Positions 9,616 through 17,307 of a stretch of DNA of 45,648 bases are shown here, piece by piece. Under the pieces are notes generated by a model, which saw only the letters and a list, made by a program, of their open reading frames with translations, did no database searches and was not told the DNA's origin. This DNA comes from Candidatus Kaiserbacteria bacterium. Lineage in GTDB: Bacteria; Patescibacteriota; Minisyncoccia; Phycocordibacterales; Phycocordibacteraceae. The DNA lies in the NCBI GenBank assembly GCA_016182485.1, contig JACPGH010000005.1, positions 130,305 to 175,952 on the forward strand, written 5' to 3'. Position numbers and translations under genes: made by a program. Within the stretch, counting starts at the first letter, position 1; each line of letters starts with the position of its first letter.

Positions 9616-10899
9616 AAAGCCTAGTTTCTCTAGTTCTTCGCGCACTACGCTCGCGTCGTCCCACGGTTCTTTCGCCCCTTTAGCGCCCATGATGTACGGG
9701 TCGGTGCCTTTGCCGGAAATCAAGACGGCTACATCGCGCTTATCCTGAGCGAGCGAAGCGAGTCGAAGGGCCGCGCGGATTGCTTCCCGTCTGTCCATGA
9801 TTATCTCGGGCTTACGCGCCATGCCTTTTGCCATCGCGAGAACTATGGCTCGCGGATCCTCGTCATACGGATCTTCATTCGTGAGGATCACGGTGTCGCA
9901 CGCTTCATCGGCGATGCGGCCCATCTCGGGCCGCTTCCAGGTATCGCGGCCGCCGCCGGTGTTCCCGAGCACGCAGATCTTTCGCCGGTCCGGGTACGCG
10001 CTATAGAGAGCCCGGAGGGAATCGGGCGTATGCGCGTAGTCCACGATGGCCAAGAAGTCCTGCCCGGCTTCGATCCGTTCGAGACGGCCGCGCACTATTG
10101 GGAGATGCGCGAGCGCCTTAGCGGCAGTTGCGAGAGGCACTCCAAAAGCTTCGCACAGCTTGATCGCCGCGAGCGCGTTCATCGCGTTAAAAATGCCGGG
10201 CAAAGGCAGTGAGAACGGAGCGCTTCCGTATTCGAAGCTGACTCCGCGTTCGCCGTTGCGCACGTTCGCGAGTTCTGTTTCGCTGAATCCGATAGGTCTG
10301 GCTACACGCGCGTTCAGAAAGGCGCGGCTCTCCGGCACATCCCAATTGGCGACAAGGACTCCGTGTTTCTTCGCAGAGCGCTCGAGCGTTGCGACAATGG
10401 CGCGCTTGGCGGCCACGTACTTTTCGAAGGAGCCGTGGCTCTCGATATGCTCGCGCTGGATATTCGTAACTATGAGCCCATTGAGAGCGAGGAACCAATG
10501 CCGGTGTTGCAGGACGCTCTCAGAGGTCACCTCGATGACGAAATGCGTGCAGCCGGCAGCGAGCGCCTTGCGCATGAAGGCTTGGACGAAGCCGCGGCCC
10601 TGAAGGGTCATCTTGTAGGGATTCGGGCGCGATTCATCCTCAATAGCGAAGCGAATGGTGGAAACCAAGGCTGTCTTGTGTCCCGCCTGCCGCAAAATCG
10701 AAAAAACCAATTCGCAAGTAGTAGATTTGCCTTTCGTTCCCGTAACCCCTATTACGACAAGGCGACGGGCGGGGAATCGATACGACAAGGTCATAAGAAG
10801 CGCGAGTGCCCGGTGATACAGCGGGCGCAGAGGTCGTACGGCCGCCTCCGGGACTACCTTCTTCATGAGACGAACCGCCCAGCTGATCAGTCCGTACAT
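9607..10899 (-). CDS. Mur ligase family protein (MurE-like UDP-MurNAc-tripeptide synthetase)
   Basis: VIGVTGTKGKSTT P-loop, central Mur ligase domain, and a C-terminal GKG..DPY...W.D motif like MurE. Confidence 0.8.
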   Translation of the reverse strand: MYGLISWAVRLMKKVVPEAAVRPLRPLYHRALALLMTLSYRFPARRLVVIGVTGTKGKSTTCELVFSILRQAGHKTALVSTIRFAIEDESRPNPYKMTLQGRGFVQAFMRKALAAGCTHFVIEVTSESVLQHRHWFLALNGLIVTNIQREHIESHGSFEKYVAAKRAIVATLERSAKKHGVLVANWDVPESRAFLNARVARPIGFSETELANVRNGERGVSFEYGSAPFSLPLPGIFNAMNALAAIKLCEAFGVPLATAAKALAHLPIVRGRLERIEAGQDFLAIVDYAHTPDSLRALYSAYPDRRKICVLGNTGGGRDTWKRPEMGRIADEACDTVILTNEDPYDEDPRAIVLAMAKGMARKPEIIMDRREAIRAALRLASLAQDKRDVAVLISGKGTDPYIMGAKGAKEPWDDASVVREELEKLGFRR

Positions 10900-10901
10900 A
10901 C

Positions 10902-11444
10902 TTAATGCGCCGAAAGGGCGGCTTTAAGCCTGGCCTCCTTGCCTACTGCACTCTCGGGAATTGCGCCGAGTGCTTTGCGCGCTTCGCGCTCGGTGTACCC
11001 AAGTGCGACGAGCGTGTCGAACACCTCGCCATCGGAACCGCTGTGCCCTGCGTCCCCCATCTTTTCTGATAGTTCGACAAGCAGTTTCTCGGCGCTTTTT
11101 TTCCCGATACCGACCACTTTGGTGAGATACGCGAGGTCGCGCTTCGCTATCGCGCCTTCGAGAGCGCCTCGCGGAGCGCGGCGCAGGTAGGAGAGGGCGG
11201 TTTTGGGGCCAATGCCCGAAACGCTAAGCAGTTTTTCGAAAAAATCCCGGTCCTCCGGGTCGCGGAAGCCATAGAGCTCCAGGCCGTCCTGTTTGACCGC
11301 CAGGTGTGTTGAGAGCGCCGCCTCACTGCCGACGAGAAGCGCCTGCGGCGCGCTCATAAACACCTCCACTCCGAAACCTGCTACCTCGATAACAGCGCTC
11401 GTGAGCCCCGCTTCGAGCACCTTCCCGCGGATTTGCCGGATCAT
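10902..11444 (-). CDS. ruvA: Holliday junction branch-migration complex subunit RuvA
   Basis: MIRQIRGKV... OB fold, two HhH motifs (GIGPKTA, VGIGKKSAEKL) and C-terminal domain III. Start at ATG 11444; the ORF track extends to a TTG at 11459. Confidence 0.9.
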   Translation of the reverse strand: MIRQIRGKVLEAGLTSAVIEVAGFGVEVFMSAPQALLVGSEAALSTHLAVKQDGLELYGFRDPEDRDFFEKLLSVSGIGPKTALSYLRRAPRGALEGAIAKRDLAYLTKVVGIGKKSAEKLLVELSEKMGDAGHSGSDGEVFDTLVALGYTEREARKALGAIPESAVGKEARLKAALSAH

Positions 11445-11529
11445 AAAGGAATGATACAAGCACTAGGCTCTAGGTACTAGCAGAGATATTTGTTGCGCGA
11501 ATCACACATATGCCGTACATTAGCCGAGT

Positions 11530-11796
11530 ATGGCAATCACCAGTTCCGCCAAGAAGGCAGCCAGAGTAGCGGCGCGTAAGCGCGTTTTTAACGTACGTCG
11601 CGCAAACGCGCTCCACGGCGCCACTAAGTCGCTCACGCAGGCGCTGGCCGCTAAAGATGTTGCAGGTGCCGAGAAATTGCTCCCTGCCGCTTATAAGGCG
11701 ATAGACAAGGCCTATAAGCGCGGCGTCATCAAAGGCAACACGGCAGCCCGCAAGAAATCCCGCCTCGCCCTCGCTATCGCCCGCGCCCGAGCTTAA
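11530..11796 (+). CDS. rpsT: 30S ribosomal protein S20
   Basis: MAITSSAKKAARVAARKRVFNVRR... basic helical protein typical of bS20. Confidence 0.9.
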   Translation: MAITSSAKKAARVAARKRVFNVRRANALHGATKSLTQALAAKDVAGAEKLLPAAYKAIDKAYKRGVIKGNTAARKKSRLALAIARARA

Positions 11797-11850
11797 ATTT
11801 TCTGGCGACGCAACCCTCGAAAGCTTGCCAATGTGCTACACTTGGCATCT

Positions 11851-12147
11851 ATGAAGCGCGGGAATAAAAAGCCCTCTCCAAAAAACGCTCCCTCCAAGGA
11901 CATGAGCGTCTCGGAACTCGCAGGGATGGTTGCGCGAGGATTCGCGGAAGTCAGTCAAGACTTCAAGGATGTCCGGCGGGAAATGGATGAGGGCTTCGCG
12001 AGAGTAGATGGGCGCGTCAACATTCTCGAACATAAAGTCGATAGGATACAGGACTCGGTGAATGAACTCACCTATGATTCGCGCAAGACGCGCACGCGCC
12101 TCGAAAATCTGGAATTGAAAGTATTCGGCTCGATCCAAGAGCCGTAG
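11851..12147 (+). CDS. Hypothetical coiled-coil protein
   Basis: ORF only. Start ambiguous (GTG 11833 or ATG 11851). No family recognised. Confidence 0.35.
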   Translation: MKRGNKKPSPKNAPSKDMSVSELAGMVARGFAEVSQDFKDVRREMDEGFARVDGRVNILEHKVDRIQDSVNELTYDSRKTRTRLENLELKVFGSIQEP

Positions 12148-12330
12148 TTTCAGTATTGTGCAGTATTCTTGAATTAATCCGAACGCGTTTCGCCGCCTGC
12201 GGCGGCGAGGAAGTCCCCCCGCGAAAATTCAGAAAGGCGGCGGCCTGTACTGAGCGAAGTCGAAGTGAGCCGCACCGCTGACAATTTCAAGTTTTTCTTT
12301 GGCGGCAAATTCAGAAATAAAAACTCTATG

Positions 12331-13041
12331 CTAATCGTAATACGGCAACAAATTATTAACTTCATTACCCTCGGCAAGCACTCTGCTGATGTTGAAAGCA
12401 TAAGCTCCTGCTTGGGATATAGTTTCGCGAGATCTCACCAATTGCGCAGGAGTTTTCTGTTGTTGGTTCGCCCAGTTTGGATATAGTAACAAATCTCTTT
12501 CTATGACCCATTGCCCACCAACTTTATCAATTTTTGCGGGAGTTAAAAGTTTCGATATCGAACTCGGCATTTGTGCATATGAATCGCTCGGTTCAATACC
12601 AGAAATAGGATTTGGTTTTAGTAAATGCCTCGTTGGTTCAGTAGTAAAAAACTTTACGAACGCAGAAGCTTGTTCCTTGGTATTAACCTGGCCAGTTATA
12701 AGAGAAAGTTCATCGACACCTTTTACTTGTGTAATATTTCCACTAGAAACTTCTAAATCAAATAATTTTCCCATAGGAACGATGCTCGCATCGTATTCCA
12801 TATATAACTTGTGGCCAGACTTTAGAGGAAAATTGACGGACAAAATTTTACCATTCAAAGATTGTGGTGTTATCGGCGCTATAGGGTTATTACCTGTCGT
12901 AACTACAGGTTGCTGGGGTGGAGGATTTGTAGTGGTTGGCGAAATATTTGGTGCAGAAATATTTTTAGAGACAAAAAAGTATGTTATTGCACCCAGAGCT
13001 ACAATTAGCACCAGTATCAACACGATATTTTTTTGATTCAT
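12331..13041 (-). CDS. Hypothetical N-terminally membrane-anchored protein (AT-rich gene)
   Basis: 236-aa ORF with TM helix IVLILVLIVALGAITYFFV and a Pro/Thr-rich linker. Composition contrasts with the flanks. Bracketed by a 13-bp inverted repeat. Confidence 0.55.
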   Translation of the reverse strand: MNQKNIVLILVLIVALGAITYFFVSKNISAPNISPTTTNPPPQQPVVTTGNNPIAPITPQSLNGKILSVNFPLKSGHKLYMEYDASIVPMGKLFDLEVSSGNITQVKGVDELSLITGQVNTKEQASAFVKFFTTEPTRHLLKPNPISGIEPSDSYAQMPSSISKLLTPAKIDKVGGQWVIERDLLLYPNWANQQQKTPAQLVRSRETISQAGAYAFNISRVLAEGNEVNNLLPYYD

Positions 13042-13222
13042 ATATTATTCGTTAATAATTTTAGATTTTATGATTAAAAAATTTTCTTTCCCCTCTCCTT
13101 CGCTAAAAGCTACGGACGGGCACGGCAAGCCGACGTTTTTCTACGGGTTCTTTTGCGGTTTTGAGCGGTGCGGCTCTGATCAATCATACCACCTCTCTTG
13201 TCCAGTGCTCGCGCCGTGACGC

Positions 13223-13251
13223 TTGCTTCCTAGGAGCGAATCTGATATAAT
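13223..13251 (+). promoter_or_regulatory. Sigma70-like promoter upstream of the Fic gene
   Basis: TTGCTT (13223..13228), 17-nt spacer, then TGaTATAAT (extended -10, hexamer 13246..13251). Confidence 0.5.
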
Positions 13252-13279
13252 CTCATATATCCCCTATACGAGATTAGTT

Positions 13280-14332
13280 ATGAATAAACTCGACAAAAGA
13301 ATACTAGAGCTGCCCACTTCGATATTAGATGTGCTCAGTCGGATCGACGAACTCAAAGGGCAGTGGGTCGGCGGGGCGCAGTTGAATCCCCAAGTATTGG
13401 GGAGATTGAAGCGTTCCACACTCGTCACATCAACGGGGGCGTCGACCCGCATTGAAGGCGCGAAACTATCGGACGAAGATGTGGAGAAATTGATGCGGGG
13501 GCTCTCAATGCAAAAATTCGCCGACCGCGACAAGCAGGAAGTGAGGGGGTATTACGAATTGCTTGAAAACGTGTTCGCGGCGTGGGAGAAAATCCCCCTT
13601 ACCGAGAGCACCGTCAAACATTTTCACAGCGAGCTGTTGAAGTACGTCGAGAAGGACACGCGGCATCGCGGAGAATACAAAAGAACCGAGAACCGCGTTG
13701 AGATGATCAACGAGGCCGGTGACTCGATCGGCGTTCTGTTCGACACCACGCCGGCGTACCTCGCGCCCAAGGAGATGCAAGACTTGGTGGAGTGGACACG
13801 GGACGCGCTCCAAACGCGCCGCTACCATCCGCTGCTCGTCATAGGCAACTTTCTCGTGGAGTTCTTGCAAATTCACCCGTTTCAAGACGGCAATGGGCGC
13901 TTGTCGCGCGTGCTCACCAACCTCATGATGCTTCAGGCGGGGTATTCATACATGCCATATGTGTCGCATGAGAAATTGGTGGAGGACGATAAAGCCGATT
14001 ACTATGTCGCGCTTCGCCGAAGCCAAAAGACTTTTAAAACTCAGTACGAGAAAGCAACTCCATGGTTAGAATTCTTCCTCAACGTACTGCTGGCACAGAT
14101 CAAAGAAGCCATCGCCCTGTTGTCCCGCGAGAATATCGAAAGAATACTGTCACCCAAACAGCTTGCGGTGTGGCAGTACGTGGAGAAATCTGCGGAAGCG
14201 ACGCCGCAAGAAATCTCAAAAGCAACCGGCGTATCGCGCCCGACCGTCTCCCAAGCGCTCACCGTACTCGTGCGTCTTAAGAAGGTCGAGCGTGTGGGTC
14301 AAGGCAGAACGACGCGGTATCGAAAGAGATAA
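13280..14332 (+). CDS. Fic family protein (class II, N-terminal inhibitory helix, C-terminal winged-helix)
   Basis: Catalytic motif HPFQDGNGRLSR. N-terminal STRIEG fits the (S/T)xxxE(G/N) autoinhibition motif. C-terminal wHTH-like region (GVSRPTVSQALTVLVRLKKVERVG). Confidence 0.9.
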   Translation: MNKLDKRILELPTSILDVLSRIDELKGQWVGGAQLNPQVLGRLKRSTLVTSTGASTRIEGAKLSDEDVEKLMRGLSMQKFADRDKQEVRGYYELLENVFAAWEKIPLTESTVKHFHSELLKYVEKDTRHRGEYKRTENRVEMINEAGDSIGVLFDTTPAYLAPKEMQDLVEWTRDALQTRRYHPLLVIGNFLVEFLQIHPFQDGNGRLSRVLTNLMMLQAGYSYMPYVSHEKLVEDDKADYYVALRRSQKTFKTQYEKATPWLEFFLNVLLAQIKEAIALLSRENIERILSPKQLAVWQYVEKSAEATPQEISKATGVSRPTVSQALTVLVRLKKVERVGQGRTTRYRKR

Positions 14333-14373
14333 TCGCCAACTGAGGCACCTCGGTCACTTGAATTAACACTGGC

Positions 14374-14448
14374 TGGTGCTCTCGGACGGAATCGAACCGT
14401 CATTTCTTCCTTCGGAGGGAAGTGTCCTATCCGTTGAACGACGAGAGC
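14374..14448 (-). tRNA. tRNA-Arg (anticodon CCG), CCA encoded
   Basis: Hand-folded: acceptor GCTCTCG/CGAGAGC, anticodon loop CUCCGAA, T-arm GACGGTTCGATTCCGTC, 3' ACCA. Confidence 0.9.
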
Positions 14449-14561
14449 GAAGTGAGGTCATTAAGAATGATACCTTAGTATCATTCTTATGCACCGAACG
14501 AGCTCGCGTATGCCTACATACGAGAGCGAACATTTCAATCCTAACCCCAAAACGTTTTTTG

Positions 14562-14633
14562 TGCTCCCGGCCAGAATCGAACTGACATCGTCTCCTCCGC
14601 AAGGAGATGTCCTATCCATTGAACGACGGGAGC
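14562..14633 (-). tRNA. tRNA-Arg (anticodon GCG)
   Basis: Hand-folded: acceptor GCTCCCG/CGGGAGC, anticodon stem TCTCC/GGAGA, loop UUGCGGA. D-arm identical to the neighbouring tRNA-Arg(CCG). Confidence 0.8.
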
Positions 14634-14654
14634 GCTTTTACAATATTAGATATA

Positions 14655-15128
14655 TCAGAACCCGAGCCAGGCCGCCAGCAAGTCGGCGAAGCCGTGGCGG
14701 TGCTCCGTCTCGTCAACATGCTGCAGGAAGTACGCGTACACCGCGTCGGCATCCACGCCCTCAAGCGGGATGACGAGGTGCGGCGAGAGCCAGCTATCGG
14801 TCTTGACCGAGAGGAGGGGAGGCAGCTGTCCCTCGATATCCTCTAGAGTGCAGAACGAGAGCATATGTTCGAACGTATGGAGCTCTTCGCCGATCATCAG
14901 CCCGCGCTCCGTGAGGCGAAAGCGGTGGGTCGCCGGCGGTTTCGCGGCGTGGAGAGCGAGGGTTACGGCCGCCACGATGATGAGGACGGCAAGGAGATAG
15001 TTGCTAAAGAGAGAAGCGGCGAAAGCGCCGGCGACGGCGATGATGCCGAGCGCCCAGTACCAGTCGGCGTTCCTCGGATTGTGGTCGTACTCCCTGCCTT
15101 CCCACTCGAAGAGAACGGTGCGGGACAT
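14655..15128 (-). CDS. Hypothetical two-TM membrane protein
   Basis: Start at MSRTVLFEWEG (ATG 15128), with TGcTATACT 7 nt upstream. Hydrophobic hairpin WYWALGIIAVAGAFAASLFSNYLLAVLIIVAAVTLAL. Confidence 0.5.
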   Translation of the reverse strand: MSRTVLFEWEGREYDHNPRNADWYWALGIIAVAGAFAASLFSNYLLAVLIIVAAVTLALHAAKPPATHRFRLTERGLMIGEELHTFEHMLSFCTLEDIEGQLPPLLSVKTDSWLSPHLVIPLEGVDADAVYAYFLQHVDETEHRHGFADLLAAWLGF

Positions 15129-15191
15129 TGGGGAAAGTATAGCATCGCTATCTGGGAAAAGTGCGCTACACTGCTGATAATAAAATTGGTA

Positions 15192-15575
15192 ATGAAAAAA
15201 GAGAGGAAAAACCTCACAAAGAGGTATCACATTATTTTTGACGCGATCGGCTGCGACAAAAAGCGCATCAGCGACGAGCAGTTCGTATTCAAGCTCCTTA
15301 TGGAGATACCGAAAATGATCGGCATGAAAATTCTCGCCGGCCCGAACCTGATCCGGGATTACAATCCCGACAATCTGGGCATCACAGGCATCGAGATAAT
15401 CAGCTTCTCGCACATCTCCATACACACCTTCAGCAGCACCAGAGAGGCATTCGTGGATATTTTTTCCTGCAAGCCCTTCGATCAGGAGAAAGTCAGGCGC
15501 TATTTATACAAGGAGTTAAAAGTCTCACCCAAGAATGTAGAGACGCTGACGGTCAAATATCCTTGGGAGCGCTAA
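15192..15575 (+). CDS. S-adenosylmethionine decarboxylase-related protein (SpeH/class 1 AdoMetDC fold)
   Basis: HIIFDAIGCD... and IISFSHISIHTF...DIFSC match the prokaryotic AdoMetDC proenzyme pattern (..ESHisiHTwPE..D.ftC), but with FS where ES is expected. Confidence 0.65.
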   Translation: MKKERKNLTKRYHIIFDAIGCDKKRISDEQFVFKLLMEIPKMIGMKILAGPNLIRDYNPDNLGITGIEIISFSHISIHTFSSTREAFVDIFSCKPFDQEKVRRYLYKELKVSPKNVETLTVKYPWER

Positions 15576-15994
15576 CCATGCCTCTTGAGTAATTTGGCAC
15601 AGCAGAGCGCGGCATTGTGGAGACCGACTTCGCCGATGCCGGCATTGAGGAGCGGCACGCCCTTGGGGACGGAGACAACCGAGAGCAGGCTTGAGAATTT
15701 GTCCGTCTCTGTTTTAGGTACGCCAACGCCGATGACCGTAATCGGCGACTCCTTAAGATAGCCGGCCACGATCGCTGGCAGGTTCGCGACTGAGTGCGCG
15801 ATGGCGAGAACCGCGCCGATATTTTCCTTATCCAGTTTCTTGGGGTCCAGTTCTGTCACCAACCCTTTGATATCGCGATGGCAGGAAATGATCTTAATCT
15901 CGAACAAGATTCTTTCTTGTTTGAGCAGCCGTTTTATTTCAGCCAAGAGCGGCAGGTCATGCTTGCTCCCGGTTACGATCAGCAGTTTTTTCAT
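15572..15994 (-). CDS. PurE/AIR-carboxylase-fold protein
   Basis: KLLIVTGSKHDLP and ISCHRD correspond to the PurE GSxSD and SAHR motifs. The ATG lies 2 nt after the tRNA-Ser 3' end. The stop overlaps the convergent AdoMetDC-like gene. Confidence 0.65.
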   Translation of the reverse strand: MKKLLIVTGSKHDLPLLAEIKRLLKQERILFEIKIISCHRDIKGLVTELDPKKLDKENIGAVLAIAHSVANLPAIVAGYLKESPITVIGVGVPKTETDKFSSLLSVVSVPKGVPLLNAGIGEVGLHNAALCCAKLLKRHG

Positions 15995-15995
15995 G

Positions 15996-16083
15996 CGGAG
16001 GGGGCGAGATTCGAACTCGCGGTGCCCGTAAGGGCACAGTGGATTTCAAGTCCACCGCACTAGACCAACTATGCGACCCCTCC
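15996..16083 (-). tRNA. tRNA-Ser (anticodon UGA)
   Basis: Hand-folded: acceptor GGAGGGG/CCCCTCC, anticodon loop CUUGAAA, long variable arm (GTGCCCTTACGGGCAC), T-arm GCGAGTTCGAATCTCGC. Confidence 0.9.
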
Positions 16084-16128
16084 TTAATAGGCTCGCCGTG
16101 ATGGACACGTCGTGTTCATCATGAGTCT

Positions 16129-16389
16129 TTACGCCCGTGATGAATTGCGCGGGCGGAACCAAATTAGATAAATAATTTCAAGAATTCCGATCGTATTGAC
16201 TACCAGCATGACGATGAACCACCCTTTTTGAGTATTGCGTGCCGCATGCCACAGCGCGAGCCCTTTGATGGCGAGACTCCACAGGACGACTATGAAGATA
16301 ATTGGGAGCAAAATCGCCATAATCCCGTCCGGGAACGGCGTATTCAAGAGCGGCGAATAATTGAAAGCAGTTTCCGGGGAGGTGTTCAT
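16129..16389 (-). CDS. Small two-TM membrane protein (hypothetical)
   Basis: Start at MNTSPETAF (ATG 16389), with TGGTATTTT 6 nt upstream. Two hydrophobic helices. Divergent from ruvX. Confidence 0.5.
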   Translation of the reverse strand: MNTSPETAFNYSPLLNTPFPDGIMAILLPIIFIVVLWSLAIKGLALWHAARNTQKGWFIVMLVVNTIGILEIIYLIWFRPRNSSRA

Positions 16390-16416
16390 GAGGGTAAAAT
16401 ACCATACACTACGCCT

Positions 16417-16830
16417 ATGCGGTATCTTGGAGTGGATTACGGCAGTGCAAAGGTCGGACTCGCGCTTTCTGACGAAGCGGGGACGATGGGGTTCCCGCAC
16501 GATACGGTGCGGAACACCCCGCGGCTTCTAGAGGAGCTCTGCGCGCTCATTGCCAAAAAGGATATTCGCGCGGTAGTAATCGGAGATTCGCGCACGCTTG
16601 CTGGGGGCGAGAATCCCGTAGCGACAGGCGCCCGCGCGCTCGGCGAAGCGCTCGCCGAGCGCGCGGGCGTTCCAGTTTTCTACGAATCGGAAATTTTTAC
16701 TAGCGCCGAAGCGCGCCGGGCGCCTGAGAAGGCGCCGAAGTCTCGAGCCCCGAAGAAGCGGCCATCCCTAGACGCGTCAGCGGCCGCGCTTATCCTTACC
16801 AGCTACTTGACTAGGCAGAAAGGAAGCTAG
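16417..16830 (+). CDS. ruvX: Putative pre-16S rRNA nuclease / Holliday junction resolvase-like YqgF (RuvX)
   Basis: MRYLGVDYGSAKVGLALSD N-terminus with RNase H-like fold hallmarks. Start at the internal ATG 16417. Confidence 0.85.
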   Translation: MRYLGVDYGSAKVGLALSDEAGTMGFPHDTVRNTPRLLEELCALIAKKDIRAVVIGDSRTLAGGENPVATGARALGEALAERAGVPVFYESEIFTSAEARRAPEKAPKSRAPKKRPSLDASAAALILTSYLTRQKGS

Positions 16831-16883
16831 ACGCCCCGCCTTTGCCAAGGCTTCGGCGGGCAAGTAGGCTCTAATAAATAACT

Positions 16884-17225
16884 ATGCGGAAAGAAATTAT
16901 TTCTCTAACGGAATTCAATAAAATAGAAGTGCAGGTTGGGACCGTGCGCGCCGCAGAACGAGTGCCCGAAACAGACAAGTTGCTGAAGCTCTCGGTGGAT
17001 TTCGGGGAAGCGGAGGGGCCGCGGCAGATCATTTCCGGCATTGCTGCCTATGTCACAGATCCTGCGGGGCTAGTCGGCAGACAATTATCGTTCGTCACCA
17101 ACCTCGAGCCGCGAACCATCCGCGGCCTAGAGTCGAACGGCATGCTCTTTGCCGTCGGAACAGGGGAGACATTCGCGTTTCTCGTTCCGGACCGCACAGT
17201 TCCTCCCGGAACCAATGCGCACTAA
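16884..17225 (+). CDS. tRNA-binding domain protein (CsaA / EMAP-II-like OB fold)
   Basis: VGTVRAAERVPETDKLLKLSVDFGE...RQIISGIA..Y is typical of CsaA and MetRS C-terminal domains. Confidence 0.8.
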   Translation: MRKEIISLTEFNKIEVQVGTVRAAERVPETDKLLKLSVDFGEAEGPRQIISGIAAYVTDPAGLVGRQLSFVTNLEPRTIRGLESNGMLFAVGTGETFAFLVPDRTVPPGTNAH

Positions 17226-17307
17226 CTAGCCAGAAGGCTTTAGGCTCTAGGCCGCTAGCAGTCCGATTCATAATTAGCTCGCGCCTAGCGCCTGTTATTA
17301 TTGTGAT

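Noticed and set aside
14449-14561. 113-nt spacer between the two tRNA-Arg genes as a possible small RNA or degraded third tRNA
   Set aside because: I found only a 10-bp AT-rich hairpin (aagaatgata/tatcattctt) and an imperfect second one. No cloverleaf can be drawn, so it is more likely a processing or spacer structure.
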